DNA of 62,299 bases, filler included, from Sphacelaria rigidula (lineage: Eukaryota), in assembly GCA_964200075.2 (NCBI GenBank). It is 11 parts of 11 records of this genome, joined end to end, with 100 filler letters (N's around TTAATTAATTAA, not from the genome) between each part and the next. Parts side by side here need not be neighbours in the genome. Positions count along the whole stretch, not along the records: positions 11,347 to 16,919 come from CAXNAA020026209.1; positions 17,020 to 22,592 come from CAXNAA020026210.1; positions 22,693 to 28,265 come from CAXNAA020026211.1; 8 more parts are not named here. One strand, given 5' to 3'. Both the position numbers and the translations under genes were made by a program. Positions 12,261 to 26,420 of the stretch are shown here, piece after piece. Under the pieces are notes generated by a model. It made no database searches and was not told the origin of the DNA. It saw only the letters and a list, made by a program, of their open reading frames with translations. Position 1 is the stretch's first letter, and every line of letters begins with the position of its first letter.

Positions 12261-14460
12261 GGGGGGCGCGGTGGGGGATGGTATCTTTTACCTCGTATCG
12301 GAACAGAAATGCAACGTACCTCCACCTCTTTATGGGTTGGGCGGGCACGCCGGAGTTTGTGTTTCAGCATTGTGTAAGGCACATAACCGCCCAGATAGCC
12401 TGCTGAAAGGCGCGTTATTTACCGCATCAGACGATAACACCCTCTTGGAGTCTCAAAATTGCAGGACGCAAAAAGCTACATAGGCGTACGACCTTCAGGC
12501 TGGCGAAACGACGGGTGATACAAAGGCTGGCCATGCTCATCCTTGATTTTCCGAAGGACTTGTGGGGCTCTACAGGTTGGTCGAACGACGTGAGCATATA
12601 GGCGTTTCCCTCGATTCCTCACTCAAGGGTATCACCTGACTATAACAGTGCATTTTCACTCTCATACAATTCTTCTGTGACTAGGTTCAGTGGGCAGAAT
12701 GTCCTGGGGAGACGAACACTCGTCTCCCAATATCTACAATAGTGACGGCGTCACCTCCAAATAGTCGATGCGCACTCCTTCCAATCTTTTCATATCCCCA
12801 ACTCTCAAACACCGAGTGAAGAGGCAAGATTTGCACACCCCCAAGGGCTTGGAAATACCGTGTTAAAAAATAAGTTTGTAGACGTTCGTCCAGAAACAAG
12901 TTTTTTGGCAATCCAGACGACGAGTCGGGTGTCGAAAGTAGGTGTCCTTATTCTCGCCTTGGTGTCAGCAACGCGCACACCAAATCTCGCAACAACCGAA
13001 GAACTCCATGATTTTGATCAGTGTGTCGATCCTTCCCCGGAGTGCCGCCACCAGGCCGTATCGGATCACAACCGAGGGGGAAATAAACAAATGAAAAAAT
13101 ATAAACTGCAAGTGTACGAAACCATCCAAAGGTCAACCTTGATCTGTTTCTTCAATCGCACCTCAAGCGCCCGAACGAAGTTGTCGAACGCCATAGCCAC
13201 TCCTTGTGCGCAGGACATCTCGTCTAGGTATCCCTCTCTGACACGCAGCTTGGCTACCATCCACCTTGTGTCCGCATCCTCCACATCCCGGAGAGCAACG
13301 AAATACCACCGTGGGCTGCGAGTATTCAGAGCAAGCAAATATCGATCCACTCAGTTACGCGCCGCCGAAAGCGCAACCCTTGGAATTAAAAAAATGTCAT
13401 CGGGGGATAGGGGCGACGGAAGGAGAGCAAGCGAACATCGATCCCATTCCAGCAGTCGTCGTCAAGCGTGCACGTGTAGAGTACACAATGATGGCGTGGT
13501 GGTACAAGCGTACTTTTAAACGGCGCGATCTATGGAGGACGACGTAAAACAAATAGAATACAAGTCACGTGAAAAAAATAAGAGACCCAGTCGACGGATT
13601 ACTTACATCACATGCTGTACCGCCAACAAGGTGCATTCTTGGCCAACACACACACAAATACACATACACACACGCGCAAAAAACACGTCCATGTGGACAA
13701 AACATACGTCCCAAGCGGAAGAAATCATCCCGATCTATAGTTTCGTGCGCGACCTATAACCCCCTTCCTGGACAACAGATGAACAACGCCAAGCAGAAAA
13801 ATACTCGCGAGCACAACCTACTGCTGCTTCTGATCTCATACGCAAGGGTTCCTACATGAAAAATGATATCCTATACGGAGAAGATTTTTTATGTGTTGAT
13901 GTGGGGCGGGGATAGCAATGTTGCAAAGAGCGAGCTTGCCCCGTGTGTTGACGTGGTCTGAGCTAAACTTGAGGGTCGAGAGCTGGGGGTACATCGAGGC
14001 CAGGTATTAATGGTCAGCTGATCAGTGAATTAAAGCCAGCTGATTATCCCCGTGAACACTCCTGTAGAGAACTAGGAAGGGATTGAGCTGGCAGCATATT
14101 TTCCATAGTGCACGCACATAGAGGCTGTTGATTCCGTCCTGTACTGCATCGTCCGTGCAGAGATGGAAACGCCGTCGACGGCATCCCCAAAACAAGCGAA
14201 TACTTGCTGCTCGATGGATGCTGAAACATCAACACATGTCGAAGTAACACACCCTGGACAATAGACTATGTAATAGAACATTGGCGCTGCAATAGCCCCG
14301 AAGATTTGACTGTCGATCTCCATCGTCAGGTATAATCGACTGACATCAATGTCTATCGATAGCTATTGTATATGACAATAGACTCGGGACAAGGGACACA
14401 ATGTATCATTGCCGTGACAATCGAGGGCCCGAGTTGTCTATCGATACATTTTATTTGTTG

Positions 14461-15145
14461 CAATAGGCTCTGCATTGTTGCCACCAATGCCTATTGCCAA
14501 CCACAATAGGATCTGCCGCGCGACCACCACTACATATTGGTGGTCACAATAGGATCTGAATTGCGCCCATCAATGTCTATTGAGGATCACAATAGAATCC
14601 GAATCGCGACCACCAATGTCCACCGCTAATCACCATGTAATCTGAATCGCGGACACTATTATCTGTTGCTGTCCACAAACGTAGCTGAATGGCGTCGATC
14701 ACTAGAGCGACGTATTCACATATTTCGATGTATGTTTCCACCATATTCCACAGAAGCTGTGGCCAGCTATCACTTCAGGTCGTTGCGTGTTCATGTGTAA
14801 GGGGTATTGCTGTTGATGTCATAAGACCACTGCGGTGAGCAATCCGTTTTTGAAATCCTGTCGTTGGCGTCACTGGCTATCGATAGGTGCTCCCGAGAAC
14901 AATCGGTTGTTGACGGCAATGCCCGTATTGATGATACCAAACAATGCATTGTTGGCGGCAGAGGCTACCGATAGACGGCTCGCCGAACCTCTTGATCACG
15001 GTAATAGGTATTGATAGATGACTCACCTACTCTATTGATGGCGGCAATAACTACCGATGGATGGTCCACCAAACCTATTGATAACGGCAATAACAACCGA
15101 TGGATGGCTCACCAAACCTTTTGATACGGCAATGGCTCTCGATAT
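14461..15145. repeat. Two clusters of degenerate ~42-43-bp tandem repeats (about 14461-14700 and 14950-15145)
   Basis: Recurring CACAATAGGATCTG units; ATTGAT..CGGCAATAAC.ACCGATGGATGG units at 15034 and 15077. Confidence 0.6.
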
Positions 15146-16604
15146 GTACATCCCGAAATCTATCGCGGTACACGATGTCCGTCGACGGCGAGTGATCTTT
15201 ATCCATTGTAATTGCCATAGGCTATCGATCGACCACCGCAACATCCATTATTCCTTGCAATACATATCAATAGATGTGTTTCACCATCTTCAGCGTTCGA
15301 TAATATATATCGACAGATTTTCCCCCGTGTCTATTGCTGAAGCAATGGACTATTATTGTGTCCATTGTCCAGAGTGTGAACATGATTGCATTTGGCCCAG
15401 CTCACGGCTGCAGCATACATGAGGGAACCAAAAGACACCAAAGCACTACACCAGTCCAGCACACGGCCACTCGCCACTCATACTGTAGCTTGTGTTCGAC
15501 GCTACGCTGCTGTTGTATAGAGCGTGCAATGCGCTCTCGTTGGATGCGGACGAGTATGAGTGGGCCTTCGGAGGAGACTAGTGACATGGGGCAGCGCTAC
15601 TGACTGTTTTGTTGAAGTCAATAGGCGTCTGCACAGATGTTTGTTTCAACTTGTGTGCATGTGGCAAAGACGTGATCAACCATGCGTGCCAACTTCCGAA
15701 CCTTCTAAAGGGGTGTGGTCGTAGACCATCCCGCATTTTGGCGAAGGTATGTGGTAAAAATTGGAAGGAGAACGTCCACGATATTCGCAGTAGAGTCGAC
15801 ACTTCAAAATCGACATCCTGGAGGTCTCCAAAACCGAAGAGTTGAAAGCCGTGATGTATGATACGCTCTCTTTTACGTTCCTTTCTTTCGAAGGGGGAGG
15901 GAGGTGCAAGTTTCATGGGAAAGCACGCCATTTTGACGCTCTCCACGACAAGAAGCAGCGGCAACGATTGCGTTTCTTGCTTCCAAGCGGTTTGGCACCG
16001 GGGAAGAAAAATGACCCCATTTTCAAACATGGTCATTTTTTTCATGACATATATATAGTAAAAATAATAATCCCTGTCAAGCAAAGGTCTGGGATGCTTG
16101 AAATGAAACATTGTGTGGTAGGGGACGTTGACGTCGGCCAATCAGGGTCCGGAACAGTGGGCTTTTCCCTGTAAGTCATAATCGAGGACCAGGATATTGG
16201 CGAAAATGTATACCTGATTCGTATTTTCTTCCGCCAAGCGCCCGGACAACACGAAAGAAAAACAAATAGTCGCCCTCGCCTTCCACCATCGCAGCAAACA
16301 ACACAGAAGAAAAAAAATAATCCTCCTCACCTGTCGGGAAAAATTGTTACGCTGATCGAGCTCCCCGGTTAACTGGCTCGCCGATCCCTCCGACTTCTCC
16401 CGCTCGTCATCGGATTACTGCAGCATATCACGTACGTCATGGAGGCACAGGGCGAGAGGCAACATGACTTATAACAAAAGATGAACATAACGTCAGCGAG
16501 GATGGGTTAGCAAAATAACACCTTGAATTGAATCTCCACTCTAGCGTAGCACAGCTTCAGCATGAATTGCCCCGAAGATGATCCCTCCCCCCGTTCACCT
16601 TGCT

Positions 16605-16919
16605 TCGTCTCGAAAGGGATGCGTGGTCAATGGTCAAACGACTGCGGCAAGCAACAAATGAGTACGCCCCCTCCCGTTCACCTGTGCCTGGTCCGGCGAG
16701 AACCCGGCGTGCTCCGTCCCGGCTTTGTAGGGGCGGACCCCCGATGGGGTAGGCGTCGGTTGGCGATGACGCTCGCTGTAAAACAAGCCACTCACTGCGT
16801 AAGCTAGGCAACCAGGCTACCGGGGTTTGTTTTGTGCGCTTTCGTTTTTTTTTCCGGTAACCATGAGGGTAGTCGAGCTAGATCATGTTGTGCGGCGTGG
16901 GAGAACCTCGACTCCGCAC
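16605..16919 (+). repeat. Dispersed repeat with homologous segments at 34245-34470, 17560-17645 and 34680-34765
   Basis: TCTCGAAAGGGATGCGTGGTCAATGGTCA and GCCTGGTCCGGCGA blocks are shared between three unrelated contigs. Confidence 0.8.
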
Positions 16920-19900
16920 NNNNNNNNNNNNNNNNNNNNNNNNNNNNNNNNNNNNNNNNNNNNTTAATTAATTAANNNNNNNNNNNNNNNNNNNNNNNNN
17001 NNNNNNNNNNNNNNNNNNNGTCATTGGTCTTATAACGATGGTATGCATGATCATGAGTACCCCCCCCCCGGCGCGCGGGCGCTGCACCCTGGAACGCCCG
17101 TGCAAAATGCAAGCGATCGTTGACCGAGCGTACGTTGTATGCGCATGTTGTCGATAACACGCTGTTGACAGTAATCACCAGCGCAACGCTCAGGGAAACG
17201 TGGCCGCATGTTGCCCATCTGTCGTACTCAGCGCCCATTACTCGCGGTTCAAGAAAAATGTATGACTTGCTTGTGAGGGCATCAATAGCTTGTGCTTGCA
17301 ATTAAACTGGCAGGCCACAGCCTGACTGCTAGAGCACTTGATTTGCCCTTTGTTTCCTTTGCTTATGTTTTGCTTCCCGACTATGGTGAGGCACTCATGG
17401 GGCAGTGTACAAGCCGTGGCTGTCTCTGGAAGTGGCGAGACCAGAAAGTGAGGCAACTCATTCGCGGCTGCCATCCATATGCAAGACGATCAGTACGCTT
17501 CGGGTCAAAGAGTCTCAGCAGGATGCAACTCACCCTTCATGCGATTCGCTGAACACATGACGGCGCTTCGCGCCTGGTGATTGAGTGCGAGCCTGGTCCG
17601 GCGAAACCCTGGCATGCTCCGCCCCGGCTTTGTGGGGATGCGAGGGCAATACTCTTATAACTACTGTACGGCATGAAAGATTATGAATACATCACCTCTA
17701 CTGTGATGCCTTCTTTCATTACCGCCTGAACCTGGAGGGATATCTACTGGAGGTATCTGTACAATACAATGAACAGTGTTGTTCTTCAGGCTCGCAGTTC
17801 TCTGTACCCACCGAATCAGGCTGATTTCTGGTCTTCGTGATCCTCGGTCAATTGTTGCCAGTCTCTCAAGCAAATACTGTCATATGCTGCACAGCAGCCG
17901 CATGTTTGATATCAGACTACTGGACAGTAATTTCATCCCCAGCCAGACATGCAGTTTGGTGTGTTTTAGTACTTCCCGAATCAGTTCGATCCCTAATCTG
18001 ACCCGCGGCCAATTCCTGTCAGACTCTTAAGCAAAGGATGCCAACTACAGCGACCACATCTTTGCTTTCAGTTTACTGGATAATGACTCCGCCTGCATAC
18101 TTCACCCCAAGCGGACCCTTGTTTTGAGCGGATCAGGACAGGTTTTCCCCAGTAAGTGTCCCACGCCCACAGTGTAGCGTACACCCCTACTCCGAGCCCA
18201 GCAATAGCTCGAAGCACTCGAGTCGACACAGCTCACCGATCTGACTAGATCTGGCAGTTTCATTACTTGAATTCAGAGCACCCGCCGACTTGGACCTACG
18301 TCAACACAAGTATGGTGTGACGAGGCCATTTACTTGCAGACCACCCCTCGTAGTAGGTGATAAAACAGAGGCATGTTCACATGCTTCACTGGCGAGCACA
18401 CCCCCCACTTGTGCTTCATTCTGAGAGTATCTTCCGGAGACCGACGAGGGTAGAGTAAAATATTTTCTAGCTGCAGTTGGAATTCCATTAAGGAAGCAGC
18501 TACTGCGGAATGCCTTCGACCGGGGCGCACAGCAGCAGGCTGGAATCGCAAGGCCTATTTACATATGTGAACCGCTCTCCTGATTCAAGTTCTGGTGTTT
18601 GCAAGAGCACCATTCCACCGTCAAAAACTGTGTGCACACTAAAACAGAACTCGTACAGCCGTACCGTGATGATGGAATACAAGCGACCTTCTCGGGGATC
18701 GCACACCGTACAGTCGGGAAGTGGAGTGGTGATGGCAGGAAACGTATGGGCAACCTCGCGGACGCTGCCCCAAATATGCACCACGCACTCTGACTCGTCT
18801 CCCCCCCCTTCCGGTATATTCTCCTACGTACAGCCAAGCTCTTGTTCATGCGGGGAAACGGCGTACCCCCTTTGGCCGCCAGGGCGGACCAAATATTGAA
18901 TCGGCATCATTTTCGTTGGAGGGGGTGGATGTTAGGCCCCGATGATCCGCCCTGGCAATCAAGAGGGGTGCCATCAGTGTGTTCTGCGTGCGTCGTTGTA
19001 TTTCGTGGTCCTGATATCGTGACAGGGAACAAGATCCAGCAACATTTGGCTTGTGATCGTTACTGCACTCAAAGCATGACTGTAGCCAGTCACAAGTTCG
19101 GCTTCCAAACGATCGGATATCTGTTCTGCATTTGCACACGTCACATGCCGCCCCAGCCCAAGATACTAGCATAGCCGCCGAACGTATCATGCCCGCCTCT
19201 CAGCGAGATCTCCAAGCCGGGGATGCTACCCAGTCTTTTTTTTTTGCGTTATCCGTTGAACCACCCCCGATCCCAGGAACGACTCCGCTGTCCCAGGTGA
19301 TCGAACCATCTCTTCCATGAGGTTTGCCTCACGATTCACTATCGGGCATTTGATGAGGACTGTTGGATTATGACCGGCACTAAATCCCGCAGCCCGTTGA
19401 CTTTCCTCGACTTTTTTAACTCGCGTTCTCAAGCTTTCCACTACGAGAATCACGATATACCCCACTGCTGTCGGAATTCCAACTCACTACTACTACTCCG
19501 CTCAAAGTGGCCGATGACATGGCATCTGACCGCATATGCAGGATTCATGCGGGTCCTATATGTTCCCGTGATCCGGGGGAACACTCTGGGTCGGTACAGT
19601 ATTGGCCTTGTGTGATCTGATTTGATTGATAGATTCTGGAAGCACACCTGGTGTGTACGCTCAGAACAATGACGCAAGTGCGTAGACAAATTTGTGGCGC
19701 GAACACAAGACGACGATCGGCATATTGTACAGGGATGAACGCAGGCACACAGACGGGAGACGAAAAACAAAATGGCCGTCGCCCTCTGGAAGACACTCAA
19801 CAAAAAATACACATTTACGGGTGTGCCTTTTGTCCGAATCTCCATCAGTGGGTGACCATTCATATCTAATGAATAGGGTGTAACCTTGCGGGCACGCTCA

Positions 19901-20259
19901 TTGAATTTACACAGTGAAGGGACGACCTGATTCTTAGATGAGGGCGATTCGAAGATAGGCCATCATTATAGGTTCGGCTGCTGTACTTGTCACATTTTTG
20001 TCAGATAGACGAATACTCTGCAACCGCCGGGGCATCGACGCACAGTTCAGGCAGGTCTGGAAATTCACACTCGGGCCTTGGGCAGGCTCTCTTCTGGCAT
20101 CTTGCGGGATCGTCTCGAGGGTCGGGCTTCAGCTATCCCCCGTTATCTGTTTGTTTACCACATGGAATGCTAACGTCCCGCATCAGCGTGAAGCTTGCCT
20201 CAAGCCACGCTTCTCGAGACCTTGCTAAATCTCGCACGAAGTGAGAACAGGGGCATGGT

Positions 20260-21790
20260 GAAGGTCAGGTACACCTGAGCGCTTTTCGAACAACTGAGGG
20301 TACAGGTACAGCTCCGTAGCAATACAAAATACCCGAAAATGCGGCTATATAGTTTCGCCGAGGAGGCGGAACACCTCAACACGGCCTAAATGCAGCAGAC
20401 GTACTTGAAATTATCTACTCTCCCCCACGATTGTACCCGAAAATCTGAGAGTACCCGAGATTATCCAAATCGGTACCGAAAGTTCGCTCGGTATGTGTAG
20501 GGCGAATTTAAATTCAGGCACAGAGAAACACGTGTTCTGCCTTTTTGCCGCGAACGTGTCGTACCCAGCAAATTGGACACCCACGGAATGTCGTTTCTCA
20601 ATACGTCGGACAATGAACCCCCCGGACGCAAGAAGACGGCAGTCCCGAATTTTTCTGCACATTCGGTTCTCCGCTAAAGTCAGGAGCTGCTTCTGTCGTG
20701 TCGTTGTCTCCCGTGTTTCCTTCTTCTCAACTTCAAAGAGAGCCAATTATTCTGCTTCTTTACTCCCACTATTTGATCCAAGTGCACTCCCTGAGCGTGA
20801 TTCGCGTTCAGAGTTACTCGCGAACTGGTGACAGCCCGTGCAGTGCCGTCGCCACTTCAGTGTAGATCATCCGGTACTCTGCACAGGGATAAATCGGCCA
20901 CGACACTACAGCCACTGTGCTACCAAAATGCAGCAGTACTGCGCTGTACTGGGGACACGCCCTTCTCACTGCAAGCTCAAAACCGTGAGGATAGAATACC
21001 GCTATCCGTCAAGCTCGCCCACCAAGGGCGACACTTGCGCGTGCGTACGCGTGTTTGTTGGCTGATCGTCGTCGGCGTGCTTCGCGAGTCATAGCACCAG
21101 GTGACTCGAACTCCTACAGACGACAGTATAGTGCCATGCTCTATACCGGGCCATGCCCGACGCAGTATAGACACAGCAGAGTGCAAAGTATAGGACTGTC
21201 TACGCTGTGCTGGGGATGGCACCGAGCCAGTTCTCGCTTGTTGGGAGTGTCACTTAACGCGACTCATTTTTCCTGCTGCACTCAGATCAGAGATGGGGAC
21301 CAGAGAGGTTGCAGAACCAATCATCTTGGGAGTCCACGAGGAGGAAACATGCGGAGCAAAGATGCGGCAGAAGCGGCTCTTGACATTCGCAGAGAACCCA
21401 ACATGAGGGGGAAAAGAGTCGGGTGTGCCGCCTCCTTGCGCGTGGGAGGTTTATTGTTCAAAGTGTTGGAAGGAGCGAACTTCCTGCGATGTGGCATGTG
21501 CGGGGAAGGACACATTCGCGGAGAGGCGGCAAAATACGTGAATCCTTGTGTACGACATTCATCTCACAGGTGCCCAGCGGAATTCCGGTATAGTTTCTTG
21601 CCCCTTTCAGGTACTCTTGAACTTCCGGGTACAGTTGTGGGCGAAAGTGGGCAGTTGCAGGTACATCCGCTGTATTTTCGGTCGTGTTGAGATGCTTCAC
21701 CTCCTGGGACAATCAGATGGTTGCCTCTAGTGCATTTCATGTTTATATCGAGCTGTGGCTGAAGATGTTCGAAAGGTGCTCAGGTATGCC
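20260..21790. repeat. Old element with long degenerate inverted arms (about 20260-20600 versus 21450-21790)
   Basis: CCTGAGCGCTTTTCGAACA pairs with TGTTCGAAAGGTGCTCAGG, and CCCACGATTGTACCCGAA pairs with CCGGGTACAGTTGTGGG. Confidence 0.5.
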
Positions 21791-22692
21791 GGAAGGTGAC
21801 CATTCCTTTTCGTAAAATACTTGTGCTGCTCCGCCCCTGTTTTCCAAAGATAACATCTGGATGCATGCTCAACCACAGACGAAACCGCTGCGGGTCTGAT
21901 CGCGTGCACTGTCACCTCGCCATGGAGAGTGAGATGTTATACAAGGATGGGGCAAATGGCGCACCTTCGCGTGGATATTTCATTTACATGCATTTGGCTC
22001 CACCAACGATGGTTCACAGCCGACACAGTGATCAAAGATTGTCCCTGAATTGGTCGCAATATATTGATATTGGCCAGTGCGTATCGGTCTAAATACACAG
22101 CCCTATCAGTACCACATTCTACCGAAGCACGTGCCCCAATTATACACGTTATCGACGCACTCCGGAGGTTCATGGATGTCGGTTCAGACCAGTTGAAAAC
22201 AATTGTGCTGCTGGGTGCTGACCCATCCCCTGGAATCATACACAACGATGATATTGGGGGGGCATTTGTAGACAATAACGATACTTGGTACCGTGCAAAG
22301 AGAGCGAACATGTACTTTGCGCCAAATATGTACAGCAAAGAACAGGCTAGTTGTACAGAGAGATTAATAATGCTAACTGCAACTGATTTACGATACTTAT
22401 ACTTTTGGTTGTTCCAAGATCCGAGTGGTTCGCTCAGAAAACATGTCTCCTGGCATGGCGCCGACAAAACAGTGCCCGCCAACTCCGTCAAAGTCCAAGC
22501 AGAGAGGCCTACTTAGTACATGCAGCCTACGCGCAGGCAGCACAGAGCAAGTGACAGAACATACTATCGGAAGCACATAACGGATCATCAGCNNNNNNNN
22601 NNNNNNNNNNNNNNNNNNNNNNNNNNNNNNNNNNNNTTAATTAATTAANNNNNNNNNNNNNNNNNNNNNNNNNNNNNNNNNNNNNNNNNNNN

Positions 22693-22795
22693 CAACAAGC
22701 TTGTTCGAACAACCGTTGCTGCTTTCAACGATCTGACTCGAAATTTCAAGCAACAAATGGCCCAGAATACCCCCCCCCCTATCGTAGGATGACTC
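22693..22795. mobile_element. Partial copy of the GAGTCATCCTACGATAGG-TIR MITE, inserted in a LINE RT
   Basis: Near-identical to 53122-53226; truncated by the contig start. Confidence 0.9.
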
Positions 22796-23640
22796 GTTCA
22801 CAGTACGCCAATAGCAGGAATTGGGATAGCCGAGCAATACCCCACTGAAGGTGTGCCTCATCAACCAACGGAAGGCGTACAAGTCCGTAGACAGTGTTTA
22901 CCCGTTTCAGACTCCCGCCGCGGATGATCAAGGTTGTCCGAATGTTCCATGGTGGTATGCGAGGGTACAGCTGGATGGTGGTGAATTGTTATATCAGAGT
23001 GGTTGACCTTGCCAGGGACTCAGACAAGGGTGCGTCTCGTCCACACTACTGCTCAACAACGGTGCAAGATTTGCCAGCGTGATTTAACAGCATTTCTCGG
23101 CAGACCCGGCCATCGTCTCAGCTTTGGTACATCCAGATGACACTCCTAAAAGTGAGGATAGTGACTCCCAGGGAGAGACCTAGTAGGAGATGGTACGGCA
23201 CGCGATATGGGGAATGATGTGTGCGGATGACGCATCATGGCCTCGAGGTCCCCGGACGGGCTTGCCAGCATGACTGCGATGATGGTGGCCTGTCAAGAGT
23301 TCGAATCAATGGTGTCGGAGAAGAAACTAAAGTCCATCTTCCTGTGGTCAGCACCCAGCTCCAAGAGATCGCACTGCACGTTGAGGCTGCAGGCTAATGG
23401 TACAAGGAGGCGGTCGCGTTTGTCCACCTTTGGTGATGCTGTCAGCGATGATGCGAATGTTGTCATCGAAATCCAGCGCCACATCGTCGCCGCGTGGGCA
23501 CGCTTCCAAAGTCGTTCACAGGAGGCACGCTCCGTCAAGCCCTCATTTCGGGGAAAAATCAGCGCCAATTCGCCGAAATAAGTATTCCTCGAGATTATAT
23601 GTAGTATCATCCAAAGAAGTAGCCCGAACCCTTGGAGTAA
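22796..23640 (+). mobile_element. Degenerate LINE (RTE-like) reverse transcriptase
   Basis: Decayed RT motifs in the expected order: ...RKAYKSVD, IKVVRMFHGGMR, QGLRQGC, WGMMCADD (YADD equivalent), VSEKK. Many stops and frameshifts. Confidence 0.85.
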
Positions 23641-26234
23641 ATAGGATCTGAACAAAATGATTGGATCTCCACCAACATCTTCCAACATGCGTTCCCACAT
23701 GAGACATGTGCATTCCTCCTTTAACCCTCACACGACGAGAGTAGGTCATCTATTGAGTCGACATCAATTTCACTTGAAAGAAGTATGCATGATTCAGATG
23801 GACTACCCTCGCGGTCTTAGGGTCAACATACACCTGAGTACTTACCTGTATCAAAACAAAACTGTAGCCCCCCCCGCGGTTGGCAGCAAGACTATTCACG
23901 GGGGAAACGCGCAAGGGAACTCCCACTGAACGGAAATTATACCCCCTTCCTGTCCCATCCTATCACCTTTCCGGGATCGAATTCCCGTCCTGTACCTTTT
24001 CTCAATTTTTCAATCCGTCCTGTTCTGGGCAGTCAGAGGGAAAAGCTCCCACCCCACCCCGTCTTTACTGGGACGAGGGGGGAAATTCCTGTCGCGTCGC
24101 GATCCCCTCCTGTTTGTTCTCGTTCCCGTCCGGTCTTCACGGGCCGTGCGTTTCCCTCTCTCGTTTTCGTCCAAGGGACGTTCCATCAATCGAACGACAA
24201 GTACTCCCTGCCCCAACTCACGGAAAGTCGAGACATCTAAGGTAGAGGTATATTACATATGTATATATACAAGGTTTGCCTTCGTGAGGTTGGTACGGGC
24301 CTCCCGGGGGTGACGCAAGTCGAAAATATACGTTCAAGAGAGGTTGTTGTATCTCAATGCACAGTAGTGATCGTGACTGTACAAAACATCGCACGTGTTA
24401 TCAGATGCCGTTCGGGAATATGAGAATTCGGACGGAGATCGACGACGGAAACAGCGGCGTTGGACATGTGCGGTATTTCCGAGGTGCCAGAGTGCGAGGT
24501 AGATCTCGTGCCACAAAGACATGACAGCGGGAGGCACTCCCGAAAAATTGGAATGCATGGAACATTTTTTGCATGTTCTTTGTACATCACTGTGGCGTCC
24601 ACATCCTCGGTCCTTTTTTTAAAGCAGGGCGATTGTTTTTGCGGCATAACATTCCTATGCTGCCGTGCTGCTGTGCCTTATTCAACTCGCCGACGGCCCA
24701 TTCCACGGTCTTGTGTTTGCTGCTGACTGAGGCCAAGGCAATGTTCGATTGTTTTCAACGGCTTTGCTCTCATGTTCTCGTGACATTGGAGGCATAATCA
24801 ATGTGCTCGTGCTCCCAAATGAACGAGAACGCGACAAAGAGAAAACACGGGGGGAAAATACCCCGCAACAAGTAATCTGGTTTTCAGATTTCCATTATGT
24901 TCAACAGGCTTTTTTCGTGGTTCGGGTTTTTGTTTCAGGTTTTTCATGATCTTTAAAAGACTTGTGTGGTTCGGGATCGACACCCCGCGAGGAAGGGCCA
25001 GTTTGAGTGACTTTCGGTGGCCAGAACACGCGCCACAGGTACCAGGTGACACTCAAACCTGAACGGTAATGTACCGCTGAGCCTTCTTAGTGCGCTGCAC
25101 AAGAAAGCGCGGGGGGAAATGCCTTGCCGCCAGAGAAAGCTCGGCAAAAGTGGTGAAAAATGTGAAACGATACATGTACATATATGTTATAGATTTGGGA
25201 CAGGTTATGACAAGAGTCGACAAAAGGTCATTTTTTTCGGCCAGTTGTTCACATTCTACCCAGTCAGTAGTACGGTGAGTGGTTATATGTACAGTAGTGG
25301 TCATATGATGAACCGCGAGGATCGCCGTCACGACTGCACGTTCAAAATCGGAAAAAAAAACTAGTGCGACGAAGAAAACGTAGAAGAGGTTGGTCAGGTT
25401 GACTAGGGGTCTTACCCTTATTGTCACTTGCCTTATGACGAGAAAATCGCTAATTTTCCGTCTGGTGATGCATTGAAGCGTCACCGGCACCAACATTTGG
25501 TCTAACTTCGTCATTTGGTGGGGTCACCCGCATTTCCCCGTGACTACGGGACGGGGCTTGTTTTCTCGGAGAAACGGCACGGCAAGGGACAAGACGCAAC
25601 GGGACACGGCGAGATTAATTTCTTCCCCTGAGGACGGGACGGGACCGGAACTCCCGTGTAACCTCGTCTCGCCCCGTTTCCCCGCGAAAGGCCCTGGGCG
25701 GCAAAAGGGCCGCGGCGTACAGCGTACAGCAAGTACGCCAGCAATACGAACTGCGTGTACATATACTGGTCCGATTGTCGACACCACAAATAGCGTGTTC
25801 TGTGAGGGCTTGTGTGGATAAATCTACCCAAAGCGCAGAGATAGCAACTGAAACTCGAGGCTTCCGGCTTGCAGCAACGCACGAAAGAAAACCTGACAAC
25901 ATCTTTGGCATTCCAGAGCTTTTTTACCGAAAAATGCACCATCCAAAAACGGCCCGCCTTCCACTCAACAATAGATGCATGCAACAGCAAAAAGGTCTTG
26001 ATCACATGTTTTTCACCAAATTTTTGGGTTCTAAGAAACGGGATCTCAAGCGAAAGCCGCACACCATTCCCTCTGGAACGTAGTAGGAAACAAAATATAT
26101 ATCAGCGTTTCCATGGTCAAGACATCAAGCGTTGGTGCATTTTTTCTGTTCCTAATAATGGCGGCCCGCTTCTGTATGACTCGATTCCTAATCCTTATCC
26201 TGCTTTCGTATCCCCCAAACCCTCGGGTACATAG

Positions 26235-26420
26235 TTGTTCGACAGCGATAGGGACGGCCTTGTGACGAAAAGCGAGCTGAAGGAGGCGTTGTGGTCTCTG
26301 GGTCAGCACCCTGGGGAGGAAGATCTTGACGAGATATTTCGCGAGTACGACACCAACCAGAGCCAGGCGCTGGACTGCAGCGAGTTTCGAAGGCTGATTA
26401 TGGACAAGTTGCGTTATAAG
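26235..26420 (+). CDS. Exon of a calmodulin/centrin-like EF-hand protein (two EF hands)
   Basis: tag|TTG...AAG|gtacat, 62 codons: LFDSDRDGLVTKSELKEALWSLGQHPGEEDLDEIFREYDTNQSQALDCSEFRRLI. Confidence 0.9.

Noticed and set aside
12900..13350. Two-exon minus-strand gene fragment
   Set aside because: It looks protein-like but has a stop and lacks a proper acceptor, so it could not be assigned.
14461..15145. CRISPR array
   Set aside because: The repeats are degenerate tandem units without unique spacers, there are no cas genes, and the context is eukaryotic.
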